Shown here piece after piece: positions 38,918 to 49,156 of a stretch of 64,000 nucleotides of DNA. The notes beneath the pieces are model-generated. The model made no database searches, was not told where the DNA came from, and worked only from the letters and a program-made list of their open reading frames with translations. How positions within the stretch are numbered: position 1 is the stretch's first letter; each line of letters begins with the position of its first letter. The DNA comes from an uncultured delta proteobacterium. Lineage in GTDB: Bacteria > Desulfobacterota > Binatia > UBA9968. A program made the position numbers and the translations under genes. Location: the NCBI GenBank assembly GCA_963737905.1, contig CAVTUQ010000002.1, positions 512,001 to 576,000 of the forward strand, written 5' to 3'.

Positions 38918-40327
38918 ATGATCAAAGCCTCAACAATGCGACAGGTAGATCGATGGCTGGGCGTACCCCTATGCCTCGCCTTGACTGCGGTCCGGCGGCT
39001 GCTTGACTGCTTTGACCGAACGGCGTCCCAGGAGCCACTGCGCCGTATCCTGTTTGTGAAGCTGGTGGAGCAGGGCTCGAGTGTATTGGCCTGTTCCGCA
39101 ATTCGTAGAGCTGTCGAACTGGTCGGCCGAGAAAACGTTTTTTTTCTGGTTTTCGAAGAGAACCGTTTTATCCTGGATGCCATGGGACTCATACCGCTTG
39201 AGAACATCATCGCCATCCGTACCGATGGAATCACTCGGGCGGCGATCGAGGCGCTTCAGGTAATCCGCCGCATCCGAAGGCTTGGGATTAATACAGCAAT
39301 TGACCTGGAGTTCTTTGCGCGGTCTTCGGCAGCTTTGGTTTTCTTGAGCGGCGCTCGTTACCGGGTGGGTTTTCACGCGTTCGGAGGAGAGGGACCTTAT
39401 CGAGGTGATCTTTTTACCCACCGCCTGCGCTTTAACCCTTACTTGCACACCGCGCAAACGTTTCGCATGCTGGTCGAGGCGCTCACGATTCAGGGGGACC
39501 GTTTACCGACTTTCGAACTGGAGCCCGTCCTGGCCGAGGATCTACCGCCCCCTTTTTGCTCGAGTCCGACCGAGGTCGATCAAGCGCGTAGGTTGGTGCG
39601 CGATGCCTCCTCCAACGCAGGCTTTCAACCTTTGATTCTACTAAACCCCAACTGTAGTGATTTGCTGCCCCTGCGCCGCTGGCCAACCGAACGTTACGTA
39701 GAGCTCGCTCGACGCTTGATCGATAGATACCCAGGATTGCACATTGGCATGACCGGTGGACCGACCGAAGGCCCCACTATTGCCGCCCTCGTCGCGCAAG
39801 TCGGATCGGACCGCTGCTTTAATCTTGCTGGGCGTACCACACTTCGCCAGCTCTTGGTGATCTATGGACTGGCAGAAGTTTTGGTGACGAATGATAGTGG
39901 TCCAGCGCACTTTGCGGCGCTCACGCCGGTCGACGTAGTGACCCTGTTCGGGCCGGAAAACCCGCGGCTTTTTGCGGCCCGTACGGCTCGCAACCACGTG
40001 TTCTGGGCTGGCATCGCGTGCAGCCCATGCGTCAGTGCGCTCAACGGACGCACCTCACCTTGCAAGGACAACGTCTGCATGCAGCGTATCAACGTGGACC
40101 GTGTGTTCGAAGAAGTCTGCCGCATATACGAGGCGCGGGCGGGCGGCATCGAAGCAAACAAACTTCCGAAAAACTTACTGACGATCAGATGCCCACCTGA
40201 CTGTATCTCTGGAATTTTTGGGTGTCCTTGTTTTCGCCTGATCCCGTCCTCGATCCGTAATCAGGTTGGCGATTCGGCTCCGACGAGCGACTCAATTTTT
40301 GGTTGTTCAGGCTTTCATGTGAAGTGA
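38918..40327 (+). CDS. Glycosyltransferase family 9 (heptosyltransferase-like)
   Basis: RRWP.ERY, LAGRTTLRQL, VTNDSGPAHFA, LFGP, CSPC...C; the last ~55 codons probably read into non-coding DNA. Confidence 0.9.
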   Translation: MIKASTMRQVDRWLGVPLCLALTAVRRLLDCFDRTASQEPLRRILFVKLVEQGSSVLACSAIRRAVELVGRENVFFLVFEENRFILDAMGLIPLENIIAIRTDGITRAAIEALQVIRRIRRLGINTAIDLEFFARSSAALVFLSGARYRVGFHAFGGEGPYRGDLFTHRLRFNPYLHTAQTFRMLVEALTIQGDRLPTFELEPVLAEDLPPPFCSSPTEVDQARRLVRDASSNAGFQPLILLNPNCSDLLPLRRWPTERYVELARRLIDRYPGLHIGMTGGPTEGPTIAALVAQVGSDRCFNLAGRTTLRQLLVIYGLAEVLVTNDSGPAHFAALTPVDVVTLFGPENPRLFAARTARNHVFWAGIACSPCVSALNGRTSPCKDNVCMQRINVDRVFEEVCRIYEARAGGIEANKLPKNLLTIRCPPDCISGIFGCPCFRLIPSSIRNQVGDSAPTSDSIFGCSGFHVK

Positions 40328-40456
40328 GGCTCGGAGATTGGACTGCGGAGGGCGCAGGTATGCGAGTTCTTGATTAGTGAACTGCGTCTGGTTGCGGCAT
40401 AGCCGTGCTATGCCTCTGCGGTGAATGCTTCTTCACAGGAAACCCGGAATAGCCAA
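40298..40456. repeat. ~160-bp MITE-like element with imperfect terminal inverted repeats
   Basis: TTGGTTGTTCAGGCTTTCATGTGAAG versus the reverse complement of the right end TTGGCTATTCCGGGTTTCCTGTGAAG (21/26). Confidence 0.55.
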
Positions 40457-40479
40457 GATAGAATCTATTTGGGTCTCCC

Positions 40480-40508
40480 TTGCATATTTATGCTTACCTC
40501 AGTATGCT
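40480..40508 (+). promoter_or_regulatory. vapBC promoter (likely leaderless transcript)
   Basis: TTGCAT-N17-TATGCT, with ATG 7 nt downstream and no RBS. Confidence 0.55.
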
Positions 40509-40515
40509 TTCATGC

Positions 40516-40752
40516 ATGAGGACGACCATTGAGATCAGCGACGAGCTTTGCCGACAGCTCAAGCGTAAAGCGGCGGACGAAGGTGTAACGATTCGTCAGG
40601 TGGTGGAAAGCGCGCTCCGGGTTTACCTCGGTAAACAAACAAGGCGCAAAGGTTACCAGCTTAAATGGAAACCAGAACGAGGCCGAATATTGCCCGGCGT
40701 TCGGCTCGACGACCGCGACGCCCTTTTTGATTTAATGGATGGCCGACGGTGA
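40516..40752 (+). CDS. vapB: VapB-like RHH antitoxin
   Basis: MRTTIEISDEL...LK.KAA..G.T...VVE.ALR; GTGA overlap with the PIN gene. Confidence 0.87.
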   Translation: MRTTIEISDELCRQLKRKAADEGVTIRQVVESALRVYLGKQTRRKGYQLKWKPERGRILPGVRLDDRDALFDLMDGRR

Positions 40753-41189
40753 TCGCGCTGGACACAAACATCTTGGTTTATGCGAGGCGGGAAGAGACAT
40801 CGCATCACGCGCGGGCCAGAGAAATTCTCAAACAATTGGCGGAGGGAGAACAGCCGTGGGCGCTTCCGTGGCCGTGCATTTATGAATTCATTCGAGTGGT
40901 GACTCACCCTCGCGTTTTCGATCCGCCAACGGACCTCGAAAGCGCCATCGACGACCTGGATTCGTTGCTCCAATCACCGTCCTTGACCTTGCTGCAGGAA
41001 GGACCGCGCCATTCCGTATTCATGCAGCGGCTTCTCAGGTCGGGGGAAGCGGCCGGCAATCTTGCTCATGACGCGCATATCGCTGCATTAATCGTTGAGC
41101 ATGGGGTTGGCGAATTATGGACTGCCGATCGCGACTTTGCACGCTTTCCCGGAATTCGCGTGCGAAATCCGTTTAATACGCAAAACTGA
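40749..41189 (+). CDS. vapC: VapC PIN-domain toxin
   Basis: ALDTNILVYA, EF.RVVT, DAHIAAL, TADRDFARF. Confidence 0.93.
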   Translation: MIALDTNILVYARREETSHHARAREILKQLAEGEQPWALPWPCIYEFIRVVTHPRVFDPPTDLESAIDDLDSLLQSPSLTLLQEGPRHSVFMQRLLRSGEAAGNLAHDAHIAALIVEHGVGELWTADRDFARFPGIRVRNPFNTQN

Positions 41190-41306
41190 TATCCGCTTCT
41201 TGTCTGGCGCCATCAAACCTGTCAGGACTCCACTTGACATGAGTCATCACCTAAGCTCTTCAGACTTTCGTGCGGCCCATCACGGGGCGCGGGTCGCGAG
41301 AAAAAA

Positions 41307-41402
41307 TCCGTCCATGCTTCGAGAATCTCAGTACGAACGGGGTGGCTTAATCGGTATACCTCAAGTACTTAGCCGTTCGTCCTGAGCCCGGTCGAAGGGA
41401 CG
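41307..41402. repeat. Inverted pair of REP-like units (CTTCGA..CTCAG..CGAACGG)
   Basis: GCTTCGAGAATCTCAGTACGAACGG ... CCGTTCGTCCTGAGCCCGGTCGAAGG. Confidence 0.65.
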
Positions 41403-41617
41403 CCAAGAACCAAAGAAAAAATTTCTTCTTACTTGTCCCAACTTGGCGGCCTTTGCGCCTTTGCGCTCGCGGCCTCTCGTCGTCTTCCGATACTGCCATT
41501 GATTGACAACTTCGACACGATTATTGTCAGATTGTCTTTTCGTGGCGCCCGAAGGCACGGATTTCCAGGCTTTTCTTCCTGGTGTGTGTTTTGCTTTCCT
41601 GTCCTGGTGTAGAAACT

Positions 41618-41809
41618 ATGGTCGCGAAAAAAATAGATATACCTAATCCGGCACTCCGTCGTAAATCAATGGAGCTACTCAAGAACATCATCCGGATGCT
41701 CCAGGAGATTTTATCTTCCGGCGATGAAGAAGGCTTTCGTCGGCTCGAGGAAACAATCCGCGTTTTGGAACAAACCCGTCACAAGCCACGTGGCCACGCA
41801 GTTCACTGA
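41618..41809 (+). CDS. Small helical hypothetical protein
   Basis: Short ATG ORF; no family recognised. Confidence 0.45.
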   Translation: MVAKKIDIPNPALRRKSMELLKNIIRMLQEILSSGDEEGFRRLEETIRVLEQTRHKPRGHAVH

Positions 41810-42057
41810 TCTCCCGGATCTGCGGTAACCTTCCATAGAAAATTATCCCGTTTGTATTTCTCTTCGAGGATCGCTTGTCCGATGGAGCGACAGAAGCGAA
41901 AGACAGATTGAATTGATCAGTTTCAGTTCCTATAGTTGAGTATTCGCCGTGGTGTGAAACCCAGGCAGAGAATTTAATTTGCTGCTTCCGCAGCTTAGAT
42001 AGCCGATCCGTTAAAGCGTTTTCTCATCGCTCTTTAACCTCAAGAGGATCAAAGATA

Positions 42058-43796
42058 ATGATCTCGTTCCGTGTTTGGGCCCCAAACGCAAAACAGGTGG
42101 AAGTAAAGATCGGTGGCGACCTTTTCGGCATGACGGCCGGTGAAAACGGCTGGTGGTTTACTGAAATAACGCCGGACGGAGCCAGCATCGATTATAGGTT
42201 TGTCCTTGACGGACGGCGAGCCTCTACCCGACCCTCGCTCACCCTGGCAGCCATGCGGTATCGACGGTCCCTCGCGCACCTTGGATCACGCGGGTTTCTC
42301 CTGGACGGATCAGCTCTGGCAAGCAAAGCCGCCTTCGTCCGCCATAATCTACGAACTGCATATCGGTACTTTTACTCCGCAGGGAACGTTCATCGCTGCG
42401 ATTGACAAACTCGACCACTTAGTCGATCTCGGTATTACGCATATCGAGTTGATGCCCGTGGCCGAGTTCTCCGGAAATCGGGGCTGGGGCTACGACAGCG
42501 TCGATCTTTACGCGCCCCATCACGCTTACGGCAAGCCGCACGATCTCAAGCGTCTAGTGGATGCCTGCCATGCCAAGGGATTGGCTGTGATTCTGGACGT
42601 TGTCTACAACCATCTGGGACCAGCCGGCAACTATCTCGCCCAGCTTCGGCCCCTATTTCACCCGTCGTTATGCGACCCCCTGGGGCCAGGCCGTGAATTT
42701 CGACGGGCCGGAGAGTGACGAAGTACGCCGATTCTTTTGCGACAACGCGCTGATGTGGCTCAGGGACTATCATTTCGACGGACTACGCATCGACGCCGTG
42801 CACGCTATTCTCGACACCTCGGCGGTGCATTTTTTAGAACAGCTGGCTTGTGAGGTCGCTGAGCTTCAAGCGCAAACGGGTCGACGGCTGGTCGTCATCG
42901 CGGAGAGCGATCTCAACGACCCCCGGATCATACGGCCGCGGGAAATCGGCGGCTACGGCGTCCACGCCCAGTGGAGCGACGATTTCCACCACGCGTTGCA
43001 TTGTGTGTTAACCGGCGAGCGCGCCGGGTACTATCGCGATTTTGGCTCACTAGCAGACCTTGCGAAAGCACTTCAGCGAGTGTTTGTCTACGATGGACGC
43101 TATTCGGCTTTTCGCCGCCGTCGCCATGGAAGAGCGCCCAACGGACTTTCAGGCCATAGTTTTCTCGGCTATTTGCAAACTCACGATCAAATCGGCAACC
43201 GTGCCAAGGGGGAACGGAGCAGCCACTTGATGAGCGTTGGACGTTTGAAGATCGCTGCGGCGCTGGTTCTCACGGCGCCGTTTATTCCCATGCTGTTCCA
43301 AGGCGAAGAGTGGGGCGCGACCTCGACCTTTCTCTACTTCACGAATCACCAAGACCCCGAGCTTGGCCGCAACGTAACGGAGGGCCGGCGGCGGGAATTT
43401 GTCGCCTTCGGCTGGAACCCTCGGGAAATCCCCGATCCTCAGGCGATCGAGACCTTCGAACGTTCCAAGCTTAGTTGGAGCGAGCGTGACAAAGAACCGT
43501 ATGCCGACTTGTTGGCATGGCACCGGCGGCTGATTGAGCTGCGCCGGGAAATTCCCGCTCTATCGGATGGCCGTCTCGAGGGGGTTCATGTAAAATTTGA
43601 TGAAGCTGCAAAGTGGTTTGTGGTTGAGCGCGGCCCTGTCGTGGTCGCGTGTAACCTGAATCAAGTAACGCAGCGGGTGCCGGCGGTTCTCGAGGCCGGA
43701 AGCCGGCTTCTGTTGACCTCCAAAGACAGAGTCCAATTGTCTCAGGACGCTGTCGAACTACCCCCCGATTCGGTAGCAATCCTGAATGCGGGCTGA
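42058..43796 (+). CDS. treZ: Malto-oligosyltrehalose trehalohydrolase (GH13), two +1 frameshifts (~42211, ~42642)
   Basis: FRVWAP / PDPRS..QP.G, IYELHIGTF, WGYD, DVVYNHLGP / GLRIDAVHAI, IAESD, QWSDDFHH, HDQIGNR, LFQGEEW across three frames. Confidence 0.92.
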
Positions 43797-43890
43797 GTTG
43801 AGAATTTCCTAAAGTCCGAGAAAAACGGAATAGGCAGATGAGCGTTCATCGAAAACCTGCCAAGGTCAGCTTTGTCCATTACGTTCCTGA

Positions 43891-44535
43891 TCACTGCTTG
43901 TTGAAAAAAAAATGATAGCGAATTCCAGAGTGATCGATTCCCTCATTCTGCGATGCTCCGAAAACTCCGCCGCCCGACATGTGATCAACGAAAACCGAGA
44001 GTCCTTGATTTTTCCAGAAGGTGGCTCCTATTTCTAATTGGAGCCGTGGCAGAACTCGACGACCAAATCCACAATCGTTGTCTAATCTGCAGCCGGTCAC
44101 GTCCTTTTGTAGCGGGCCGGTGTGAACCGCCGCGCTCAAACCTCCTGAAATCCAAAGTCTCTTGCTGAAATCATTGGTAAGGTTGTCCAGGAAATGGCTG
44201 GACAAACCAACCTGCCACGCGAGTCCGAGATAAAAAGCGCTCGTGTCCCCGACGAAGTTCGGAGTGGCGCCAGTCATAGGGGAGGGAGAGCCAACCCAAC
44301 GCCACCATCTCCATTCAGGAGGATTGAACTGCACCTCCCAATTGGGGTCAACTCCGTTCTCCTTATTGTCGCTTATCGGCCCTCTATCATGCGCAAGTAT
44401 GCCGAACGCAAGCTTGTGGACCCAGGGTTTTACCTCGCTCTTATCCGCGTTACTAGCGGTGTTTTCCGCTCCGGACGCAGCTCCAGAGAGCAAAAAAGCA
44501 AGAAAAAACAATGAAACAACAATTCGAGAATTCAT
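43891..44535 (-). CDS. PagL-like outer-membrane beta-barrel (lipid A 3-O-deacylase/acyloxyacyl hydrolase family)
   Basis: Signal peptide, GILAHD, DHMS....NEG.D..GIRY C-terminal pattern. Confidence 0.72.
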   Translation of the reverse strand: MNSRIVVSLFFLAFLLSGAASGAENTASNADKSEVKPWVHKLAFGILAHDRGPISDNKENGVDPNWEVQFNPPEWRWWRWVGSPSPMTGATPNFVGDTSAFYLGLAWQVGLSSHFLDNLTNDFSKRLWISGGLSAAVHTGPLQKDVTGCRLDNDCGFGRRVLPRLQLEIGATFWKNQGLSVFVDHMSGGGVFGASQNEGIDHSGIRYHFFFNKQ

Positions 44536-44823
44536 TGAACTTGGAAGAATAACATCAGAAAACGCTTTTCGGCAAACACTAATCGCGAAGTTCTCCTTGT
44601 GGTGATATCATTTTCTTTTACTTGCGGGTTCGGTGCGATTGCACAAAGACAGGTCGAGTTGACATTTTCCCTAGACGGAGCTATCTGCAAAATCCTGAGA
44701 CCAAGATCCTTAATCAGGTTTTTGTTGACGTGGGATCTCGGTCGTAAACTGGGGCGTTCGTGCAGACTTTGACGAAAGCTCTGAACGGGACAATGGAAAG
44801 AGTTGTTGGAAGAGGAGGCTCCG

Positions 44824-45927
44824 ATGAAACAGCTGAAGCTCATTGATGGTGACGGCCACATTTTTGAGGACGGCGAAGGCATCGCCCGTCATTTTCCCTA
44901 TAGCGCGGCGGGCGGCCGCCTGAGGGGCAGTGTGTTTCCCACCCAAAGCCATATCCAGTTCTCCCTGACCCGAAATCCCCCGGGCTCCTTTGGCATTGCT
45001 CCCGACGGCCGGTTTCACAACCCCGGCCCCGAAGGATGGATTGACTTCATGGATCAGTTAGGCTTCGACTATGCCGTTCTATTTCCCACCGCCGGCCAAC
45101 GCATCGGGCGCATCGTAGATCGGGACTACGCCGCGGGGGCCGCACGGGCTTACAACGATTGGCTGGCCGAGACCTATCTACGGCGGGATTCTCGCTTCAA
45201 AGGCATCGCGATTTTGCCGATGCATGATGCCGAAGCGGCATTGGAAGAGTTGCAACACGCTTATACAGAGTTGGGCGCATGCGGGGTCCTGTTCCCTGCT
45301 ACGGGGGTGCACTTAAACCTCGGCGCCAAGCCCTACTGGCCGGTGTATGCGGAAGCGGCTCGGTTGAGCTGTCCTATCGTCGTTCACGGTGGCGGCCATT
45401 GGGACCTTGGTATGGACACGATGAACGTTTCCACCGGCGCCAATGCCCTAGGACACCCGATGTCTCTTGCGATCGCTTTGGCTGAGATGGTGCTCAACAA
45501 CCTGTTCGAGCGCTTGCACGGCCTGCGAGTGGCATACCTGGAGGGCGGCCCGCTGTGGTTTCTCATGGCTCTCGAGCGTCTGTCTCGCTCGTATGAGGCC
45601 GGAACTCCTGTCAATCCTCGCGGCGAACTGTTGCAGTTGACCGAGGGCCAGACCGTGGGCCACTACATCCGCGAACTCGTCCGGGCGGGTCGTCTAGTGG
45701 TGGGCATCGAAGGAGGGGAATCAGACCTTGCCTATGCCATCAAGGTAGCAGGGGCACAAGCCTTCATGTTCTCCTCGGACTTTCCTCACGAGGTGAACGC
45801 TCATACCATCCAGAAAGAGATTCGCGAGCTTCGAGAGCGCGAGGAGATCAGCGATGCGGCAAAGGAGAATATCCTGTATGCAAACGCCGCTCGGTTCTAT
45901 GGATTGGAACAGGCGTCAGATAAGTAG
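44824..45927 (+). CDS. Amidohydrolase_2 family protein
   Basis: IDGDGH, AYNDWL, VVHG, LEGG, SSDFPH, NAARFYG. Confidence 0.9.
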   Translation: MKQLKLIDGDGHIFEDGEGIARHFPYSAAGGRLRGSVFPTQSHIQFSLTRNPPGSFGIAPDGRFHNPGPEGWIDFMDQLGFDYAVLFPTAGQRIGRIVDRDYAAGAARAYNDWLAETYLRRDSRFKGIAILPMHDAEAALEELQHAYTELGACGVLFPATGVHLNLGAKPYWPVYAEAARLSCPIVVHGGGHWDLGMDTMNVSTGANALGHPMSLAIALAEMVLNNLFERLHGLRVAYLEGGPLWFLMALERLSRSYEAGTPVNPRGELLQLTEGQTVGHYIRELVRAGRLVVGIEGGESDLAYAIKVAGAQAFMFSSDFPHEVNAHTIQKEIRELREREEISDAAKENILYANAARFYGLEQASDK

Positions 45928-46416
45928 GCAGTCACCGCTTTGGTATTGGATTGGATTTGAAAACTTTTGACTTCAGCCATTGGGCTTGAACGGTTTGCCA
46001 AAGCTCTCCACCGCCATCCATGGGCGTGAATTCCGCAGCTTCGACTGGGCGGCCACGAAGTCCTTGGTTGATCGTTGCCTGGCGAGCTACAATGCCGACA
46101 CTGTGTAGCACGGCTGCAGCGCGAAACCCATAGAACCGACCGGGGTTCTACCGCTCGACTCGATTGTCTGTTTAGCCCCGGTCCAATCCCGCGCCTAAAC
46201 AGAGTTCAACGTTCAGAGTCTGCCTCGAGTTGTCTTGGCGAAGGGTTCAACGACTGAACAACGTTGACATTGAAGCGGTTCATCAAATACTTTGCGATTA
46301 GGGTTCATACCGCCGACTTGAGAAAGGCAAGCCTTTCTGCATGACTTGACCGTAGCGGTTAGGAGCAATCCGGCTTTGTGGCAATCGTTGATCGGGATGA
46401 GGGAGGAAAAGAAAAC

Positions 46417-48051
46417 ATGGCAGAGAAGGTACTCGTGGTGCAGGGTGGAAGACTGATCGATGGTACCGGCCGGCCACCGATCGAGAATTCTGTCATCGTT
46501 ATCCAGGCAGGGAAGTTCGAAGCCGTCGGAAGGAGCGGCGAAGTTTCGATTCCTGCCGACGCTGAGGTGATTGATGTCAAGGGCAAGAGCGTTCTGCCGG
46601 GCTTTATCGATGGTCATGGCCACCTGGAGGATTTCCATGGAGAGCTTTATCTCCATCTGGGAATTACCACCTGCGCCAACATCGAGCTCTACCAGGATGG
46701 GCCGTGGACCCTGGCGCAAAAACAGGGTACCGCCCTGGGAAAAATCCGCGGGCCGCGGATCTGGATGTCAGGCCGGGCGATCGGCGGCGTCAGCACCGGC
46801 CACGATGCCTTTGGCTCGCGAACCGCCCGGGACAACATCATCGTCACGACGGCGGAAGAGGTGCGCCAAGCGGTGCGGCGAAAAAAGGAATTCGGATGCG
46901 ATATCCTCAAGGTCAATGAGTTTCTTTCTTTGGACCTGGTGAAAGTCGCCGTCGAAGAAGCCCACGGGCTGGGCATGTCGGTAGCCGCCCACAGTTGGGA
47001 CGTTGTCGGCTCCGTCAAGGCAGGCGTTGACGCTATTGAGCATATCTGGTCCGTCGGCTATAGCTCCATTCCTTATGCCCCCGCCAGGCGCAAGCTGGCC
47101 CAGGATCGGCTGGGGGGCGTGATCGATCAGGAGCTCGCCGGGGCCTATTACCAAACCGAAAATTTCGATGCAGTGATCGGCGCAATGGTGGAACGCCGGG
47201 TCGCGTGGACTCCTACCATTGCCAAATGGCTGCGTCCGCTTTCGCCGAGCGCCGAGCGCTTCAGGGAAAGAGAAAACCAAATTTTGAACGATCCCAATGC
47301 CGATCTTCCCGCTGCAGTCCGCACGGTGACCGACAACGCCTATGACAAGTTGCTCAAGCGCTACACGCCCGAGCAGCTCGCACAATCCAAGGTCGGTTGG
47401 GAAAAAGCTAGCGAATTCATCCGGCGCTTCGTCGAGGCCGGCGGCATCCTGAAGGAAGGATCGGACCCGCCCCGCGGGATGGCGGCCTTGCTGATGCATC
47501 AGGCCCTGGCGATGGACGTTGAGGCGGGTGTGCCGCCGATGAAGGCGATCCAAGCTGCCACGCTCAATGTCGCCAGGACTTTCAGGAAGGACAAGGACTA
47601 CGGTAGCGTCGAGCCCGGCAAGGTCGCAGACCTATCCATTGTCGAGGGAAACCCGCTCGAAGACATCTGGATGACGCAAAATGTCAAGATGGTCGTCATG
47701 GACGGGAAGGTCGTCGATATCGGATTTAAAAAATACAAGAATCCGATTCCGTCATTCTATTCCTACCAGAGCTTGCCGTTGGACCTCGAAATATCGCCGC
47801 TCTTTCTCATCGAGGGAGCGGGTCCCACGGTCTTGAAAGTGCGAGGGCAGGGAGGCATGTGGCCATTCCACCGGGTCATGCTGAACGGCGAGCCCCTACC
47901 GACCAGTTTCGTCTCAAAGGACGAGCTCAAGGCGATCATTCCATCCGAGGCGATCGCCAGGGCGGGCACCCACATCGTCACGCTCAAGTGCGAAGGAGAA
48001 CCGTTCCCGGAGTCCCATCGCGCCCATCTCGTGGTGGGCTTTAAGCCATAG
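46417..48051 (+). CDS. Amidohydrolase family protein with a C-terminal Ig-like (IPT/TIG) extension
   Basis: LIDGTG, PGFIDGHGH, AAH, IEH, GSD, GSVEPGKVADL, LNG..LPT.FVS..EL.A.IP. Confidence 0.88.
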   Translation: MAEKVLVVQGGRLIDGTGRPPIENSVIVIQAGKFEAVGRSGEVSIPADAEVIDVKGKSVLPGFIDGHGHLEDFHGELYLHLGITTCANIELYQDGPWTLAQKQGTALGKIRGPRIWMSGRAIGGVSTGHDAFGSRTARDNIIVTTAEEVRQAVRRKKEFGCDILKVNEFLSLDLVKVAVEEAHGLGMSVAAHSWDVVGSVKAGVDAIEHIWSVGYSSIPYAPARRKLAQDRLGGVIDQELAGAYYQTENFDAVIGAMVERRVAWTPTIAKWLRPLSPSAERFRERENQILNDPNADLPAAVRTVTDNAYDKLLKRYTPEQLAQSKVGWEKASEFIRRFVEAGGILKEGSDPPRGMAALLMHQALAMDVEAGVPPMKAIQAATLNVARTFRKDKDYGSVEPGKVADLSIVEGNPLEDIWMTQNVKMVVMDGKVVDIGFKKYKNPIPSFYSYQSLPLDLEISPLFLIEGAGPTVLKVRGQGGMWPFHRVMLNGEPLPTSFVSKDELKAIIPSEAIARAGTHIVTLKCEGEPFPESHRAHLVVGFKP

Positions 48052-48076
48052 GAAGTGAGTAACCTAAGGTCGGACT

Positions 48077-48322
48077 ATGATTATTCGTTTGAAAACTGAG
48101 TCTCGCGCTTGCTTGCTTGACAGCACCCAACCCGGGTCTCTCGTCCACGATGTTCTGGCCGGAGCTCCCGTTATACATAGGCCTGGCGACCCGCCCCCCG
48201 GCTTTTACGAAATCGACTGTAGCGATCGCGACTGCCAGGAGCTCAAGAGGGTCGCCGCCGAGCATTGTCCCGACGCCCTGCCTGAGATCGAAGCGGAAAT
48301 CGCCCGTCAGACGCAGACATGA
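48077..48322 (+). CDS. Small Cys-containing hypothetical protein
   Basis: ATG ORF between co-directional genes; ATGA overlap with the next gene. Confidence 0.6.
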   Translation: MIIRLKTESRACLLDSTQPGSLVHDVLAGAPVIHRPGDPPPGFYEIDCSDRDCQELKRVAAEHCPDALPEIEAEIARQTQT

Positions 48323-49089
48323 TAGGGATGCCCGTTGAGAAGCAAAGGCCGGCTACGAAAGCCGCCGAACAAGCGCTCATAAAAACCGCACTTCCCTATT
48401 GGGAAGTTGAAGCTGCTATTGTCCGGCGATTTTTCAAGAACAAGCCGACACGGGAAGATCATATTTTTTGGCTCAAGGCACAGCTCTGGAAGGAGCTGCA
48501 TCCGGTGGACGGCTATTTCACCGGGCTGCAGAAAGAACTGCATCATCTGGTGGCGAGGTTTCCTGAGATCGATAAAACCATCGATCGCCACCAGTATCAC
48601 TCGCTTCTCGAACAGCTTGGGCAGGAATTCAATCACTACGTGCTGATGGCTGATGTGCTGGAATATCTTTTGGGCTGTCCGGTTTCCGCCGACGATACTT
48701 TTCAACTCCCGCAGGAGAAAAGACTGGCTGATATCCGCAGCCATTATTCGAATTCGGGCTCGGCCATCGATAAAGCAGCTGTGCTCGTTACTGAGGGCGG
48801 TGGCGCTCGGATGTTTCGGGAAGGAAGAAGGCTACAAGGCGGGCGGCTCGAAACAATGATCGCGAGGGCGATGGGAGTGATTTATGAGGACGAGAAGAAC
48901 CACTACAAGGAGGCCGCGAGGGAAGCGGCAAGGGTGGTCCGGAACCAGCAGGACCTCGCAAGAATGAAAAAGGCCGTGCGTGAGGCGAGCCTCCAACGAG
49001 TTTACATGCGCAATGAGATGTTCAAAGAACCGCTGACGAACAACGAAATCAACAGCTTCCTGGCACCTCACATGCGCAACCGAAGTTGA
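48319..49089 (+). CDS. Ferritin-like/diiron four-helix protein
   Basis: EFNH, TEGGG, DEKNH (two ExxH motifs). Confidence 0.65.
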   Translation: MIGMPVEKQRPATKAAEQALIKTALPYWEVEAAIVRRFFKNKPTREDHIFWLKAQLWKELHPVDGYFTGLQKELHHLVARFPEIDKTIDRHQYHSLLEQLGQEFNHYVLMADVLEYLLGCPVSADDTFQLPQEKRLADIRSHYSNSGSAIDKAAVLVTEGGGARMFREGRRLQGGRLETMIARAMGVIYEDEKNHYKEAAREAARVVRNQQDLARMKKAVREASLQRVYMRNEMFKEPLTNNEINSFLAPHMRNRS

Positions 49090-49156
49090 GCACGTACCCG
49101 CTAAGAGAATCGACCGTTCTCGTTTTGCCCCAGCTCTCTCGATACGATGATTCCCT

